Positions 38,468 to 49,259 are shown, counted from the first letter of the stretch. The stretch is 64,000 bases of DNA from Pseudobdellovibrionaceae bacterium (GCA_044359815.1 JBIKLL010000005.1:1-64000); one strand, 5' to 3'. Notes: generated by a model not told the origin, from the letters alone. A program made the numbers and translations.

Positions 38468-39949
38468 TTGTGTTACTTTAGCGGCAGATTATCAGTAAGG
38501 ATGGGATGTATGGCAGTTTTTAACATTAAGGTATTATTGAAAGTGGCTCCGATTGTTGCCATTAATATGATGCTGACAAGCCAGGGCTTAGCGCTAATGC
38601 TGGATAAAAAGAGCGTGATTCAGGCTAACCTGAATAATCGCCAAATCGACAGCAAAAACGAAGAAGTCAATGTAAGGGTTAAAGACCTTATATATGCTGC
38701 CTGCGGAGTCTATACAAAAAAATCATTTGAAATCAGCAAGATTGATCTGGAAGTAGCAAACTTTGCTGAAGGCACAATGGTAAGGCTTTTTACCAATGCG
38801 GCTTTATCTGAAATCACCAGAGGTTATTCTGGCGCCGTTAGAAACGGATTTATCACACTGGAAGATTCAGCAATCAAAAGCCAAGATGATAACATGGTTG
38901 GTGTTACAGGCACATTGACGATCAAGCGTGCTTTGCTGACAACGAATCTGGATAATGGTTGTGATAGTCTGACTGAAGGTGCAAAGCCTGCTGACAAGAT
39001 CCCACCAGGCATCGTTAGACCTATTGATGAAATTGAAAAACCAGGCAATGCTAAACCACAGGAAAAGCCGCAGGAAAGACCACAGGCAAAACCTCAAGGT
39101 CAAACTTTACCTAAGCCTCAAGTTCGCCCACAAGGCACGCCCAGCAGACCTCCAACACAGATTTTGCCTCAGACTCAACCGTCAAGACCACAGGTTTCAA
39201 GGCCACCAATGGTTGAACAAAACAATCGACCGAATATGGCCGAAACTAAAAATGACATTTCGATTGATTTTTATCCAGGAGAAATGACTGCAGTTTATGT
39301 TAACGGCAGATATCATTTAGCCGAAGTCGAAAGCTTTGATCCAGGTTGCGGAGTGATCATCAGAGATGGCAGATGTTATGGACCTGGTTATGCATTAAAA
39401 TTAGTGCGAACTTATCAGGACTTTTCTGCTGGTCAATCAGTACAGATTGAAATTGGCGGATACAAAGCCGTTCGACGAATCATTGCCATTGCGATTGAAA
39501 ATCCAAACGTAGATGCTGAAAAAGCATTTATATTTACTGGCAACTCAGAATACTACAACACCTATGATGTTGTTCCTGCGGGCTACATTAATGGTGGCGC
39601 CCCTGAAGCTGTGACACCACAGTTTGTTGACGGCGATGTGCAGTTGCAAGAAACAGTTTATTATATTGCTTCAAATGGCAGGCGTTCACAAACAACAGTC
39701 GTTGGCGTTAGTGATGGATTGTATCAGTTAGCCAATGGCAGATCTGTGCCCAGAAATCGCATTGTTAAAATGGTTTCGGAATTAGTCAGTGATGATGATG
39801 TCAGATTTTATATTGGCAAAACGGTCAGACAAGGAATCTTTGGATTGGGTTCAAAATTACGAGTTGTTGCTCTGACCGAAGACGGTTGGGCGATGTTGAG
39901 CAACCGTGAAGGCGAAACCAGCTGGGATGAAATTGACGATTTGGATTAG
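38468..39949 (+). CDS. Secreted protein with Pro/Gln linker and C-terminal small beta repeats
   Basis: KPQ/RPQ-rich linker; start probably MAVF (38510). Confidence 0.75.
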   Translation: MCYFSGRLSVRMGCMAVFNIKVLLKVAPIVAINMMLTSQGLALMLDKKSVIQANLNNRQIDSKNEEVNVRVKDLIYAACGVYTKKSFEISKIDLEVANFAEGTMVRLFTNAALSEITRGYSGAVRNGFITLEDSAIKSQDDNMVGVTGTLTIKRALLTTNLDNGCDSLTEGAKPADKIPPGIVRPIDEIEKPGNAKPQEKPQERPQAKPQGQTLPKPQVRPQGTPSRPPTQILPQTQPSRPQVSRPPMVEQNNRPNMAETKNDISIDFYPGEMTAVYVNGRYHLAEVESFDPGCGVIIRDGRCYGPGYALKLVRTYQDFSAGQSVQIEIGGYKAVRRIIAIAIENPNVDAEKAFIFTGNSEYYNTYDVVPAGYINGGAPEAVTPQFVDGDVQLQETVYYIASNGRRSQTTVVGVSDGLYQLANGRSVPRNRIVKMVSELVSDDDVRFYIGKTVRQGIFGLGSKLRVVALTEDGWAMLSNREGETSWDEIDDLD

Positions 39950-40002
39950 GCATTGATGGACTGATGGATTTTCTGTCGGTCCAAAGTTTGAAAGAGGCAT
40001 GA

Positions 40003-41847
40003 ATGTTTCAAAAAATATTTTTTACCATTGTGACTGTCATGTCCCTGCATTTTACCGTGCGGGCAGATCTGCCATCTGAAATTCAAGCTGCACTGACAAA
40101 TGGTTCAGTTCCTGTGGATCCCAAAAGACGGGATGATTTGCAGGGGCTTTACAAGGCCAATGGTTTCAGTCCGTTCTTTTTCAAAAATGGTGGCAATTCA
40201 AGCGTTGATCAAAACTCATTCACAGTTTTGAGAAATTTAGCTACGGCACATGGACTGACTTATGAAAACTATTTTTTACCTCAGTATAACAATTGTCAGA
40301 GCAAGCAAAGCTGGATTTTTTGTGAGATTAAATTTACTGAAGGGATTTTGCGATTGGCTGTGCATATGTTTCGTGGCCAGGTATTGCCATCATCAGTAGA
40401 TCTGACTGAAAAGAAAGAAAAAATCAAAATCAAATCTAAGAGCTTTTTGAAAGACGTAAATGGTAAAGTCACCGACAGATACAGTCAGTTGGTCACAGCA
40501 TTAAGTGCTGGAATGGATTCGACAGCTCAATATATAGAGTCTTTGGCGCCGACTTCATTGTATTACCGACAGGCCAAGGATGCGTTCACACGTCTGTATG
40601 GTCAATTGGTCAGTGGCCAGGATTTTATTGCAATTGCTAATCCTGGAATGGATTTGTCATTGGGAATACGTCATCCAACTGTTTTACAAATCAAAAACAC
40701 GCTCAGGATCATGGGCTACAGAATCACAAGCCTGGATGATTTGTATGATGAAGAGCTTCAAAAATACATTAAGGAAATTCAGCTGGCGACGCTGATGATG
40801 CCTACAGGTAAAATCGAAACCAAACGTGTTGAGCCAAAAAATCCAGACGACAAGCAAGCCGCGCGCAGCTTGTGGACACACTTTTTTAATTTCAGCTTGC
40901 GTGAGCGGGTTGATCAGGTGCGCGCCGATATGGAAAAACTGCGATGGTTGCCGCAGACAATGGAATCGAAATATATTTTTGTTAATTTGGCTAATCAAAC
41001 ACTGACGCTGAATGAAAATGGCCGAGTCACCAGAAAATATTTAACAGTTAATGGTCGTACAGATTTGAACAAAGAAGACCAATCAACACTGGATGACAGG
41101 CAAACTCCTATGATGAGAAATTTTATTTCATCAATGGACATGAATCCTTATTGGACAGTGCCCATGGGGATTTTTGGCAGGGACAAGCTTCCAAGGTTGC
41201 GATCGATTGAAAATAAATTTTCCCAGGATCGTGAGGCCAGGGACGCTGCTGTGATCAAATGGTTTAACAACAATCATTTTGATTTAGTTCGTGATAATGG
41301 TGGTAATTCAGGTCAGTGGGAAGTTCTGTCTCCGTTGGATGTGGCTGATTGGACTCAGGTCACAGCAGGACAGCTAATAGGGCAGGGTATTTACCTGCGC
41401 CAAAAACAGGGATTGAACAATGCCTTGGGAACTGTTCGATTTAATCTGAATGGTGATTCATCAATTTATCTGCACGACACTAATGAGCGTGAGATGTTTG
41501 ATAGCCCATACAGACTCAGAAGTTCTGGCTGTGTGCGAGTGCAATTTGCTACAGAGCTGGCTTCAACATTGGCTCAGGATTCTGATTTGTGTGACACACA
41601 ATATTGCCGTGAAAGCAGCAATCCTCAGCAGGAAATCAAAAAAATGATTCCGCCTTATTTGCAAAATGATGAGCTTAAGCTGACAAATGTGCGTTTGAGC
41701 AAACAGGTGTTTGTTTACTTGGTGTTTTTGACGACGACTCAGGAAAGATATTTTTCCAGCTCACCTCGTGGTGGAGTGCAATTTCATTTTGATTTCTATG
41801 GACAAAACAAAATGATTTTTGAAGCCATTGCCCGCGGTCTTGATTAA
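40003..41847 (+). CDS. L,D-transpeptidase (YcbB/LdtD-like)
   Basis: MEKLRW, IFVNLA, NPYWTVP, NALG.VRF and IYLHDT...SSGCVRV motifs. Confidence 0.9.
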   Translation: MFQKIFFTIVTVMSLHFTVRADLPSEIQAALTNGSVPVDPKRRDDLQGLYKANGFSPFFFKNGGNSSVDQNSFTVLRNLATAHGLTYENYFLPQYNNCQSKQSWIFCEIKFTEGILRLAVHMFRGQVLPSSVDLTEKKEKIKIKSKSFLKDVNGKVTDRYSQLVTALSAGMDSTAQYIESLAPTSLYYRQAKDAFTRLYGQLVSGQDFIAIANPGMDLSLGIRHPTVLQIKNTLRIMGYRITSLDDLYDEELQKYIKEIQLATLMMPTGKIETKRVEPKNPDDKQAARSLWTHFFNFSLRERVDQVRADMEKLRWLPQTMESKYIFVNLANQTLTLNENGRVTRKYLTVNGRTDLNKEDQSTLDDRQTPMMRNFISSMDMNPYWTVPMGIFGRDKLPRLRSIENKFSQDREARDAAVIKWFNNNHFDLVRDNGGNSGQWEVLSPLDVADWTQVTAGQLIGQGIYLRQKQGLNNALGTVRFNLNGDSSIYLHDTNEREMFDSPYRLRSSGCVRVQFATELASTLAQDSDLCDTQYCRESSNPQQEIKKMIPPYLQNDELKLTNVRLSKQVFVYLVFLTTTQERYFSSSPRGGVQFHFDFYGQNKMIFEAIARGLD

Positions 41848-41872
41848 AGTCTTTTGCAGATTTGTCCGAAAA
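41845..41872 (+). promoter_or_regulatory. Putative sigma28 promoter
   Basis: TAAAG-N15-TCCGAAAA, 9 bp before the FlaG-like ATG. Confidence 0.45.
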
Positions 41873-41881
41873 GATGAGTGC

Positions 41882-42262
41882 ATGGATATAAAAAGTGCTC
41901 TCAATCAAATTATACCGATTCAAACTAGAGCAAAGTCTAATGTTGAAAAGCCATTGAAGATGGACGGTGCTACCGAGCGAGATGGCAACGGACAACAAGC
42001 TTATCAAAATCCAAATCAGAATAAGCAACCAATGTCAGATCAGGAATTTGATTATTCAGTGAAGCTGCTGGAAACCTTTCCAGCAATTTTGGACCATAGT
42101 CTGATTTTGGAAGTCGTAAAGCAAGAAAATCGCAGATTTGTTCTGATCAAAGAGCCCAACGGCACGGTTTTAAGAAGAGTCACCGAGGACGAGCTGGCCA
42201 GTTTGTTAGAAAGCCAAGACACTGATCCTAAAAAAGGTCAGTTGATTTCAAAATCAGCGTAA
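41882..42262 (+). CDS. FlaG-like flagellar protein
   Basis: Upstream of fliD; VLIKEPNGTVLRRV...KGQLISKSA resembles a FlaG C-terminus; start refined to MDIK. Confidence 0.65.
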   Translation: MDIKSALNQIIPIQTRAKSNVEKPLKMDGATERDGNGQQAYQNPNQNKQPMSDQEFDYSVKLLETFPAILDHSLILEVVKQENRRFVLIKEPNGTVLRRVTEDELASLLESQDTDPKKGQLISKSA

Positions 42263-42416
42263 AATGATTTTTTCAGACAGTCAGAAACACAGCCTTTGAC
42301 CTGTCAAAAAGACAGAAAATCCCTACTCAAGTACTAGGTTTTTTTGAATCACAAAAGACAACTTATTGACTCACGGTTTTCGCCTCAATCTGAGATACTG
42401 ATTGCAGGAGGATTCT

Positions 42417-43790
42417 TTGGCGGGGGTCAGAATCACAGGGATGGCAAGCGGATTGCCACCAAACATAGTCGAACAAATCATGGAGGCAGAACGCATTCCT
42501 GTAAAGACTATGGAAAAAAATAAAGTCAAAGAAGACGACAAACTAAAACTGGTGTCTGAATTTGAAACCAGAGTTCGTGACATTCAAAAAAATCTGGAAG
42601 AACTGGTTGGTACCAAAGGATTTGCTAACAATAAATTTATTTCTGGTGACCCATCCATTGTTGATGGTTCGATTGATTCTGATAAAATTGTCAACGGCCA
42701 GTGGCAGATCGAGGTTGTGCAACTTGCTCAAAAGCCTGGTGCCGTTTCGAACGGCTTTCCTGACAAAGACAAAACTGAAATTGGCGTTGGGTATATCAAG
42801 TTTAAAACACCCGAAGGTGTGAAGGAAGTGTATGTCCCTGGTGGACAAAGCACTCTGCAAGGAGTGTCTGATGCTATCAATGCTGCTGGGATCGGGATGC
42901 GTGCCACTGTGTTGAATGACCGCAAGGAAAAAGACTCTCCTTTTAAGTTATTAGTAACGGGGCTTTCAACAGGTGACGACAATCAGGTTGATTTCCCTGT
43001 TGTATACATGCTGGATGGTGATCAGGATTTTTATTTTGATAATGCCAAAAAAGCACAGAATGCAATCGTCAAAGTAGACGGCTTTGAAATGGAGATTCCT
43101 GATAACGTATCAGCCGAAATTATTCCAGGCGTGACTTTGGATTTTAAACAGACGGCTCCGGGGCGCGAAATCAGAGTTGCAGTCAAAGAAGACACAGATG
43201 CCATCAGTGGAAAAATCAAAAATTTCGTCGATGCTTACAATAAGGCTCTGCAGTTTATTCAGGATCAACACAAACTGCAAAAGGGATCTGATGGCAAAGA
43301 ACGGTTGGGGCCACTGGGTGGTGATTCATTAGTCAGAGGCGCTGAAGGTGCCTTGAGGCGACTGATCCAAGCGCCACAGTATGGGGTTGATTCAGACATT
43401 AAGATGATGAATCAATTGGGTGTTGAGTTTAACCGAAGCGGTACTTTGAATTTCAACCAAGAGAAATTCAATGCCGTCCTTAAGGCCAAGGCGGGTCACA
43501 TCGCAAAGTTTTTCAGAGGAGACGGCTTTAAATTGGGATTTATCCCGGGCGTAAAGCGTGAGGTCGATGGATTGACTAATCCAACCTATGGTCCAATATC
43601 CAATCGTAAAAGAGCGATTCAGCAAAAAATAAATCAGATTAATGATCGTATTGAACGTAAGGAAAAACAGCTCGAGAAAAAGGAAGAGAGTTTGCGCAGG
43701 CAGTTTGGTGAGCTGGAAACAAAAATGTCCAGGTTGCAGGGCCAAGGGGCAGCGATCACTGGCATGGGAATGCCGAAACCGCCGGGCTAG
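42417..43790 (+). CDS. fliD: Flagellar filament cap protein
   Basis: GMASGL..., V.QLAQ, AQNA..VDG, IPGVTL, FVDAYN and C-terminal coiled coil; TTG start after GGAGG. Confidence 0.95.
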   Translation: MAGVRITGMASGLPPNIVEQIMEAERIPVKTMEKNKVKEDDKLKLVSEFETRVRDIQKNLEELVGTKGFANNKFISGDPSIVDGSIDSDKIVNGQWQIEVVQLAQKPGAVSNGFPDKDKTEIGVGYIKFKTPEGVKEVYVPGGQSTLQGVSDAINAAGIGMRATVLNDRKEKDSPFKLLVTGLSTGDDNQVDFPVVYMLDGDQDFYFDNAKKAQNAIVKVDGFEMEIPDNVSAEIIPGVTLDFKQTAPGREIRVAVKEDTDAISGKIKNFVDAYNKALQFIQDQHKLQKGSDGKERLGPLGGDSLVRGAEGALRRLIQAPQYGVDSDIKMMNQLGVEFNRSGTLNFNQEKFNAVLKAKAGHIAKFFRGDGFKLGFIPGVKREVDGLTNPTYGPISNRKRAIQQKINQINDRIERKEKQLEKKEESLRRQFGELETKMSRLQGQGAAITGMGMPKPPG

Positions 43791-43793
43791 ACT

Positions 43794-43820
43794 TAAAAGA
43801 GGATTAAATACAACCGATTA
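43794..43820 (+). promoter_or_regulatory. Putative sigma28 promoter
   Basis: TAAAA-N14-ACCGATTA upstream of fliS. Confidence 0.5.
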
Positions 43821-43850
43821 TTTATTAAGGAAATTTTTAAAAAGGGTTGA

Positions 43851-44240
43851 ATGAAAAACGCATATCAGAAATATAAAAGCACTCAAGTGATCAGCGCCAG
43901 TAAAGAAAAATTGTTGTTGATGATGTATGAAGGAGCAATAAAGTTTACGAAATTGGCAATTAAAGCTGCTGATGAGAAAAACGTTCCTGAGCGATGCACG
44001 AACATCGGCAGAGCTTTTGATATAGTGCTAGAACTTAACAATACATTGGATCACAAAGTCGGTGGCAAGATTGCAATGGATCTGGAGCAGCTTTATATGT
44101 TCATCACTGATCAGTATACAAAAGCTAATATGAGCGGTGATTCAAAGCCTTTAAACGAAGCCTTAAAAATTCTGGAGACACTTTACGATGGATGGAAAGT
44201 GGCTGTAGAGAAATTGAAATCAGAAAAACCAGCAGAATGA
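43851..44240 (+). CDS. fliS: Flagellin export chaperone
   Basis: AS.EKLLLMMYEGAI, L...LD...GG.IA..L..LY and final W motifs. Confidence 0.95.
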   Translation: MKNAYQKYKSTQVISASKEKLLLMMYEGAIKFTKLAIKAADEKNVPERCTNIGRAFDIVLELNNTLDHKVGGKIAMDLEQLYMFITDQYTKANMSGDSKPLNEALKILETLYDGWKVAVEKLKSEKPAE

Positions 44241-44260
44241 TTAACAAACCCAAGGAGGGG

Positions 44261-44680
44261 ATGATGGACAGAATTATTTCATTGCTAGAACAGAAAAATC
44301 ATTACTTAGAAAAGTTCTACTCCACCAATGAAACGGCTCTAGAGCAATTTCAAGTGGGAATTTTTGACTCGCTTGAAAGCTTTTATCAAACACGAGAGAA
44401 AATTCTGGAAATCGTTCGATATATCGACAGCGAAATTGCCGCTGAAAATTCAGAGGCCATGACTGAAGAAGCCAGAAAAGCTATTTCTGATAATATGAAA
44501 ATCAAAGATCAATATGTGGAAAAGATTCTGACACAGGACCTTGAAATTTTAGCTTGTATCGATTCCGCCAAGTCCAGTATCATTCGGGAATTACAAGAGG
44601 TAAAAAAAGCAAGGAAGGCCGTCAGTGGATATAAAAGTCACAGAAGAAACCCGAATCAAAGATTGGACGAAGAAGCTTAG
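44261..44680 (+). CDS. FlgN/FliT-like helical flagellar chaperone
   Basis: Follows fliS; RBS AAGGAGG; all-helical with terminal AVSGY. Confidence 0.65.
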   Translation: MMDRIISLLEQKNHYLEKFYSTNETALEQFQVGIFDSLESFYQTREKILEIVRYIDSEIAAENSEAMTEEARKAISDNMKIKDQYVEKILTQDLEILACIDSAKSSIIRELQEVKKARKAVSGYKSHRRNPNQRLDEEA

Positions 44681-45950
44681 GATCTTTAACAAATTACACT
44701 GTTACACAAACAGTTACATAATATGTGCACCAGATTTAGCAGCTGATAAAAAAGCTTTTAACATAAAATGGGCGTGCTTCTTAACTGCCGCCTTGATGGC
44801 AACAGCGTGCACTCACAAAACCCCTCAGGTAGCTGCCAACACCAACACAAAAAATAACGGCAATGAGCCCAAAGCTTGGTCTGCATCGATGCAGGATTTA
44901 AAGACCTCTATTTCAAATTTGCTGCCGATAGCTGCTAGTCATGAAAGCTTTGAGAACCCGAAAAATCATCAGATGATTGAAGAGCAGCTAAGTGTATTAT
45001 CCAAAGAGGCCAGTACAATTGGCAAACACGCAACCATGGCTGGGCGTGATCCCAGCGTCAGGTATTTGTCTAATGCATTTACCGAAGACGTCAAAAGGAT
45101 TGAAACCAGTTTCAAGGTCGGCAAAAAAGAATTTGCCAGATATCACGTCGTCAATCTGACTTCTTATTGCATCGAATGCCATACCAGAGATTCAACAGGC
45201 CCTAATTTTGGTTCCGAAAAATTAACCAGTGCTTTGCAAAAACTTAAGCCAATGGAACGTGCTGAATACGAACTGGCAACCAGACAATATGATTTGGCTT
45301 TGGAAGAACTAAAAAAAATTATCTCTTCAAATTTAGACGACAAGGGTAATTTATTTTTAGTGGATAAATCCATGAAGCTGGCTCTGGCTGTCACGGTGAA
45401 ATACCAACAAAGCCCCGACAAAGCTTTGGAAGTGGTTTCAATCTTGGAAAAATCTAAAAACACTCCGTATTTTTTAAAGCAAAACGCTGTCGCTTGGCGC
45501 GCCAGTTTGGAAAGCTGGAAGAAAGAAAAAGTAAATACCAAAGATTCAGTGGCAGCAAAGCTTTCGCGCATTGAAGCCAAGCTGGCAAAGGCGTCACAGA
45601 TGGATTCATTAACCACAGACCGCAGTGGCGATATCACTTATCTGCGAAGCCTGGCTGAGCTTCATACGTTGTTGGGTGGAAATCTTAAAAAAGAGGAAGT
45701 CGGCAGAACCATGTATCTGATCGGAGTTTCCTATGAAGCGATTCGTGAACTTGAGTTTTTGAATTTGAGCGAAAATTATTTTGAGGGTTGCATCCGAACA
45801 TTGCCGCGCACGGATTGGTCATCAAAATGTTTCAAAAAATATGAAGAATCTATTTATTTTGGATATTCTGGCAGTAGTGGAGTGCAAATCCCAATCGATG
45901 AGCAACTAAAGCTCAAAGAATTACAATCACTGGCATTACCAGTTCAATAG
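44625..45950 (+). CDS. c-type cytochrome lipoprotein with TPR-like helices (start uncertain)
   Basis: Single CIECH haem motif; lipobox-like ATAC. Confidence 0.7.
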   Translation: MDIKVTEETRIKDWTKKLRIFNKLHCYTNSYIICAPDLAADKKAFNIKWACFLTAALMATACTHKTPQVAANTNTKNNGNEPKAWSASMQDLKTSISNLLPIAASHESFENPKNHQMIEEQLSVLSKEASTIGKHATMAGRDPSVRYLSNAFTEDVKRIETSFKVGKKEFARYHVVNLTSYCIECHTRDSTGPNFGSEKLTSALQKLKPMERAEYELATRQYDLALEELKKIISSNLDDKGNLFLVDKSMKLALAVTVKYQQSPDKALEVVSILEKSKNTPYFLKQNAVAWRASLESWKKEKVNTKDSVAAKLSRIEAKLAKASQMDSLTTDRSGDITYLRSLAELHTLLGGNLKKEEVGRTMYLIGVSYEAIRELEFLNLSENYFEGCIRTLPRTDWSSKCFKKYEESIYFGYSGSSGVQIPIDEQLKLKELQSLALPVQ

Positions 45951-46075
45951 TTTTCAAACATTTCAGGGCTGGACCTTGGTTGGATCCAGTCAGAATCTCG
46001 TCGTTTGACATAGTCTTCCAAGTCAATTCTATGTCAGCCGCAGACATCAACTGCTGTTAAATTTCCGATAGTCAG

Positions 46076-46091
46076 TGGCATCAAGGTTGCT
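46076..46091 (+). promoter_or_regulatory. Putative sigma54 -24/-12 promoter
   Basis: TGGCAT-CAAGG-TTGCT with exact GG-N10-GC spacing, upstream of the TPR/GT9 operon. Confidence 0.65.
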
Positions 46092-46107
46092 TTTGTAAAT
46101 TGCAGAG

Positions 46108-47070
46108 GTGACTTCTATGGAACTGTTACATTCAATACCAACAACACAAAACAATCTGAATAAATCAAATAAGCCATCGCAGGCTCAGCAAAAAGGTCCT
46201 GACGTTTCGTCATTGACGGCCAATGCACTGACACTGATGAAGCACGGCGAACACAAGCTAGCCGCCAATTTATTTAGACAGGTTTTAAATGTAGATCCGT
46301 TCAATAAGGTTGCGCTGAAGGAATTAGCCGTGTGCTTTCGTAAAATGAAGCGTACCGAAGAAGCCATTAAGGTTTTGACTATTCTGAGTGAATCAGAGCC
46401 TACGTTTCACAACTTTAAATGTTTGGGTGATGTGGCATTCGAGGCCGAAATACTGGAACTGGCCAAAGACAACTACCTGATGGCATTGCGATCGCTTTAT
46501 TACGAGCCCTCAGAATTATTTGAGGTCTATAAAAATTTAGGAAATGTGTTTTTAAAGCTGGCTGATGTTGAATCTGCTGAAGATTTTTATAACAAGGCAT
46601 TCACCATCAATCCCAAGGACGAAAATCTGTTGGTTAATCTGGCCAGTCTTGAAATTTACAAAGATCAAATAGACGAGGCGCAAACCAGATTTCAACAAAT
46701 CCTGGCTGCAAACAGTGGTAATGAAAAAGCATGGATTGGTCTTGCCTTAGTTCATCTGAAGAAAAACGATATTGAATTGGCTGTCGGTAATTTGAAATAT
46801 GCCTTGGACATCAATCCATTGAACCGAACAGCATTGCAGGTGTTTTGCAAAACAGCCATTCAAGAACGTATGTTTATAGAAGCTACCCAGTACCTGCAGG
46901 ATTATCTGTCCACCGTTGAATCAGACGAGGAAATGTCACTGGTATTGGTTCATTTGTTTTGTTTATTGGGCCAGTCTGATTTTGCGAAATTTGAACTCGA
47001 ACGTGCCTTGTTGTGGAATCCCACCAGTCCAGCTCTGTTAGCGGTTGAAAAGGAGCTAACGGGTGCATGA
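46108..47070 (+). CDS. TPR-repeat protein
   Basis: Multiple TPR consensus units (NLGNVF..., AWIGLA..., ALDINP). Confidence 0.88.
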   Translation: MTSMELLHSIPTTQNNLNKSNKPSQAQQKGPDVSSLTANALTLMKHGEHKLAANLFRQVLNVDPFNKVALKELAVCFRKMKRTEEAIKVLTILSESEPTFHNFKCLGDVAFEAEILELAKDNYLMALRSLYYEPSELFEVYKNLGNVFLKLADVESAEDFYNKAFTINPKDENLLVNLASLEIYKDQIDEAQTRFQQILAANSGNEKAWIGLALVHLKKNDIELAVGNLKYALDINPLNRTALQVFCKTAIQERMFIEATQYLQDYLSTVESDEEMSLVLVHLFCLLGQSDFAKFELERALLWNPTSPALLAVEKELTGA

Positions 47071-47539
47071 TTTTGTAACCCGTAATACTTATAGATTGTG
47101 TTCATTTAAAAATCCTGCGGCCGAAGCTGCAAGTTGGCTGCAGGGGTTAACATTACCAGAGAATCCAAAGTCTATTTTGATTTTTGGTTTGGGGTGTGGG
47201 TTTCATGTTTTGGAGTTTGCAAAAAAATACCCTGATATAAAAGTTTCTGTCTATGACATAGATTTTATAGGATTAGAATTTTTTAAATCCTTGGCCACTG
47301 AGGTCTTAAATGACAATAGCAAAATCACTTTCATCCAAAAATCACAGTTAGCCAATATAATGCCCCAGTGTGAAATGATTATTCCATTTTTGCCAGCCTG
47401 GCAGGGGGCGCTAGGGGAATTTCAGTCGGACTTTGAATCGGCAATTGGTTTTTCTAACGAAAATCTGCAATCACAATTGCATTGGCCTGACCAAAAAACT
47501 GAAGCTTTGGCAGAGATTCTGTCGGAGCTGGTTCGATGA
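47063..47539 (+). CDS. Rossmann-like protein resembling the Maf (motility-associated factor) N-terminal region
   Basis: NPAAEA..W and LIFGLGCGFH motifs. Confidence 0.6.
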   Translation: MHDFVTRNTYRLCSFKNPAAEAASWLQGLTLPENPKSILIFGLGCGFHVLEFAKKYPDIKVSVYDIDFIGLEFFKSLATEVLNDNSKITFIQKSQLANIMPQCEMIIPFLPAWQGALGEFQSDFESAIGFSNENLQSQLHWPDQKTEALAEILSELVR

Positions 47540-49110
47540 AAAAGCTTTTTGTTTCCATGCAAAGATTTGGTGATTTGTTCACCCATTTTCAGATCATCAA
47601 TCAGGAATTGGCATCCAATCCTAATGATGAAATCCATGTGCTGACAAATTTTGAAAACAGACCTGCCATCAAAATATTAAGTCCCAGAATCAAATGGCAT
47701 TTTTTTAAACACAAAGATTGGGGATCTGCTTGGGCCAATCCCATGATTCCACGAGCAAATGTGTTATCCCAGTTGAATGATTTATTGAAAGACCTCAATG
47801 TCATCAGATTTGACAGTGTCTATAATCTGACTCACACACAATTGGCTGCAAAAATCTGCGGTCAAATCAAAGCTCAATCTAAGTTTGGAATCAGTGTTGA
47901 ACATGGCCTGGCCATATACAGTCATCCGGCTTGGGGCCGATTTGCCAACACCCAATTGTCCAGAAATCAAAAAATTCCATTTCACAGTTTGGAAATTCTG
48001 GCAAAGGCTAACGGCCTGCCAGTTCCTAAGCCACCCATAGCAAAGGTCAACGATGCGAACACCATAGTTCTGCAAGTGACTTCCAGCGAAGCCAAAAAAA
48101 CAGTTGATTTTGAAATATGGCAATCGGTGATTCAGAACCTGAAATCGCAGGGGTACAAGGTTCAAGTTTTATCCACAGACACCGAGAGCACCACGCTGGC
48201 CCCTGTGTTTGGTTCTGATTTATTGATCGGTGAATTTTCTGATTTTGCGGAAGCCATTAAAGGCGCGAAGATTCTGGTTTCTGTCGATACGGCGTTGTTG
48301 CATTTAAGCGCTTTGCTGGCAGTTCCTTCAGTCGCGATTTATCTGGGCAGCGGAAATGCTTATACAAATTTTCCCTACATCGCAGGTGCCAGGGTTTTGG
48401 TTCCTACCAGTGAATGCTATCCCTGCAGTCATTCGGTGGCCTGCCCCTATCAAATCAGAAAATGCGCGGAAACCTTGAACATCGAAAATTTGGCTCAGTT
48501 TATTGTCGATACTGGAGCAAGGGTTTCTGCGATGAACAGATTTTTTACCCAAATTATAAATTCAGAACTTAATATTTTGTCGATGGAGGATTCGATGAAC
48601 ACTGTACAGATTGAACGCAGTATCAGTCGCGCGGTTTGGGATATGTTTTTAAACAAAAGCTACCAGGAAGAGGTCGCTCCCTATGGCAGCTTTGCCAACC
48701 GAATCGCTGATGATGTGATTGACAGACATTTTATCCTAAGGACCATGCTGAACAGAAGCTCTGATGCTTTAAAATGGATTGAGGAATTTCAGCAGCAGAT
48801 TAAAACCTTGCACAGTTTTATTTTAAATCCACAGGCTAATTCCTTTGATCAGTTTGAATCTCAGAGGGATTCATTGACAGCAAAATTTGAAGTGTTTGAA
48901 AAATCTTTTCCTGAGTTTCAAGATGAATCAGCCAATCTGAAATTTACTATGACTAAAAAACATGATTCGGCTTTTGCCTTTTATCGCAATGCCAAAGATT
49001 CTTGCAGCGAGCTCGAAACCCTGCTGTCAATCCGAGTGACCTTGTTATCCAAAGCGATAATGGCAGTGAATGAAAAAATGGAGGCCAAGAATTTATGTCT
49101 AAAGAACTAA
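47536..49110 (+). CDS. Glycosyltransferase family 9 protein
   Basis: RFGDL, VSVDTALLHLSA and C.PC....C motifs. Confidence 0.85.
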   Translation: MKKLFVSMQRFGDLFTHFQIINQELASNPNDEIHVLTNFENRPAIKILSPRIKWHFFKHKDWGSAWANPMIPRANVLSQLNDLLKDLNVIRFDSVYNLTHTQLAAKICGQIKAQSKFGISVEHGLAIYSHPAWGRFANTQLSRNQKIPFHSLEILAKANGLPVPKPPIAKVNDANTIVLQVTSSEAKKTVDFEIWQSVIQNLKSQGYKVQVLSTDTESTTLAPVFGSDLLIGEFSDFAEAIKGAKILVSVDTALLHLSALLAVPSVAIYLGSGNAYTNFPYIAGARVLVPTSECYPCSHSVACPYQIRKCAETLNIENLAQFIVDTGARVSAMNRFFTQIINSELNILSMEDSMNTVQIERSISRAVWDMFLNKSYQEEVAPYGSFANRIADDVIDRHFILRTMLNRSSDALKWIEEFQQQIKTLHSFILNPQANSFDQFESQRDSLTAKFEVFEKSFPEFQDESANLKFTMTKKHDSAFAFYRNAKDSCSELETLLSIRVTLLSKAIMAVNEKMEAKNLCLKN

Positions 49111-49259
49111 AAAATTATTTAACGACAGCCTTGGCAAAACTGGAATCAGAGTTTCGATCTGACTGTGCTTCTAAGGGTTATACAGAGGACGCTGAGCAAA
49201 TCAGAATTTTGATTGAAATGATAAAGGAACAAATCGGTTATGAAGATTCTAATTCTTAA
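49095..49259 (+). CDS. Small helical protein, 54 aa (not in ORF track)
   Basis: MSKELKNYLTTALAKLESEFRSDCASKGYTEDAEQIRILIEMIKEQIGYEDSNS*; GGAGG RBS; overlaps both GT9 genes. Confidence 0.6.
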   Translation: MSKELKNYLTTALAKLESEFRSDCASKGYTEDAEQIRILIEMIKEQIGYEDSNS

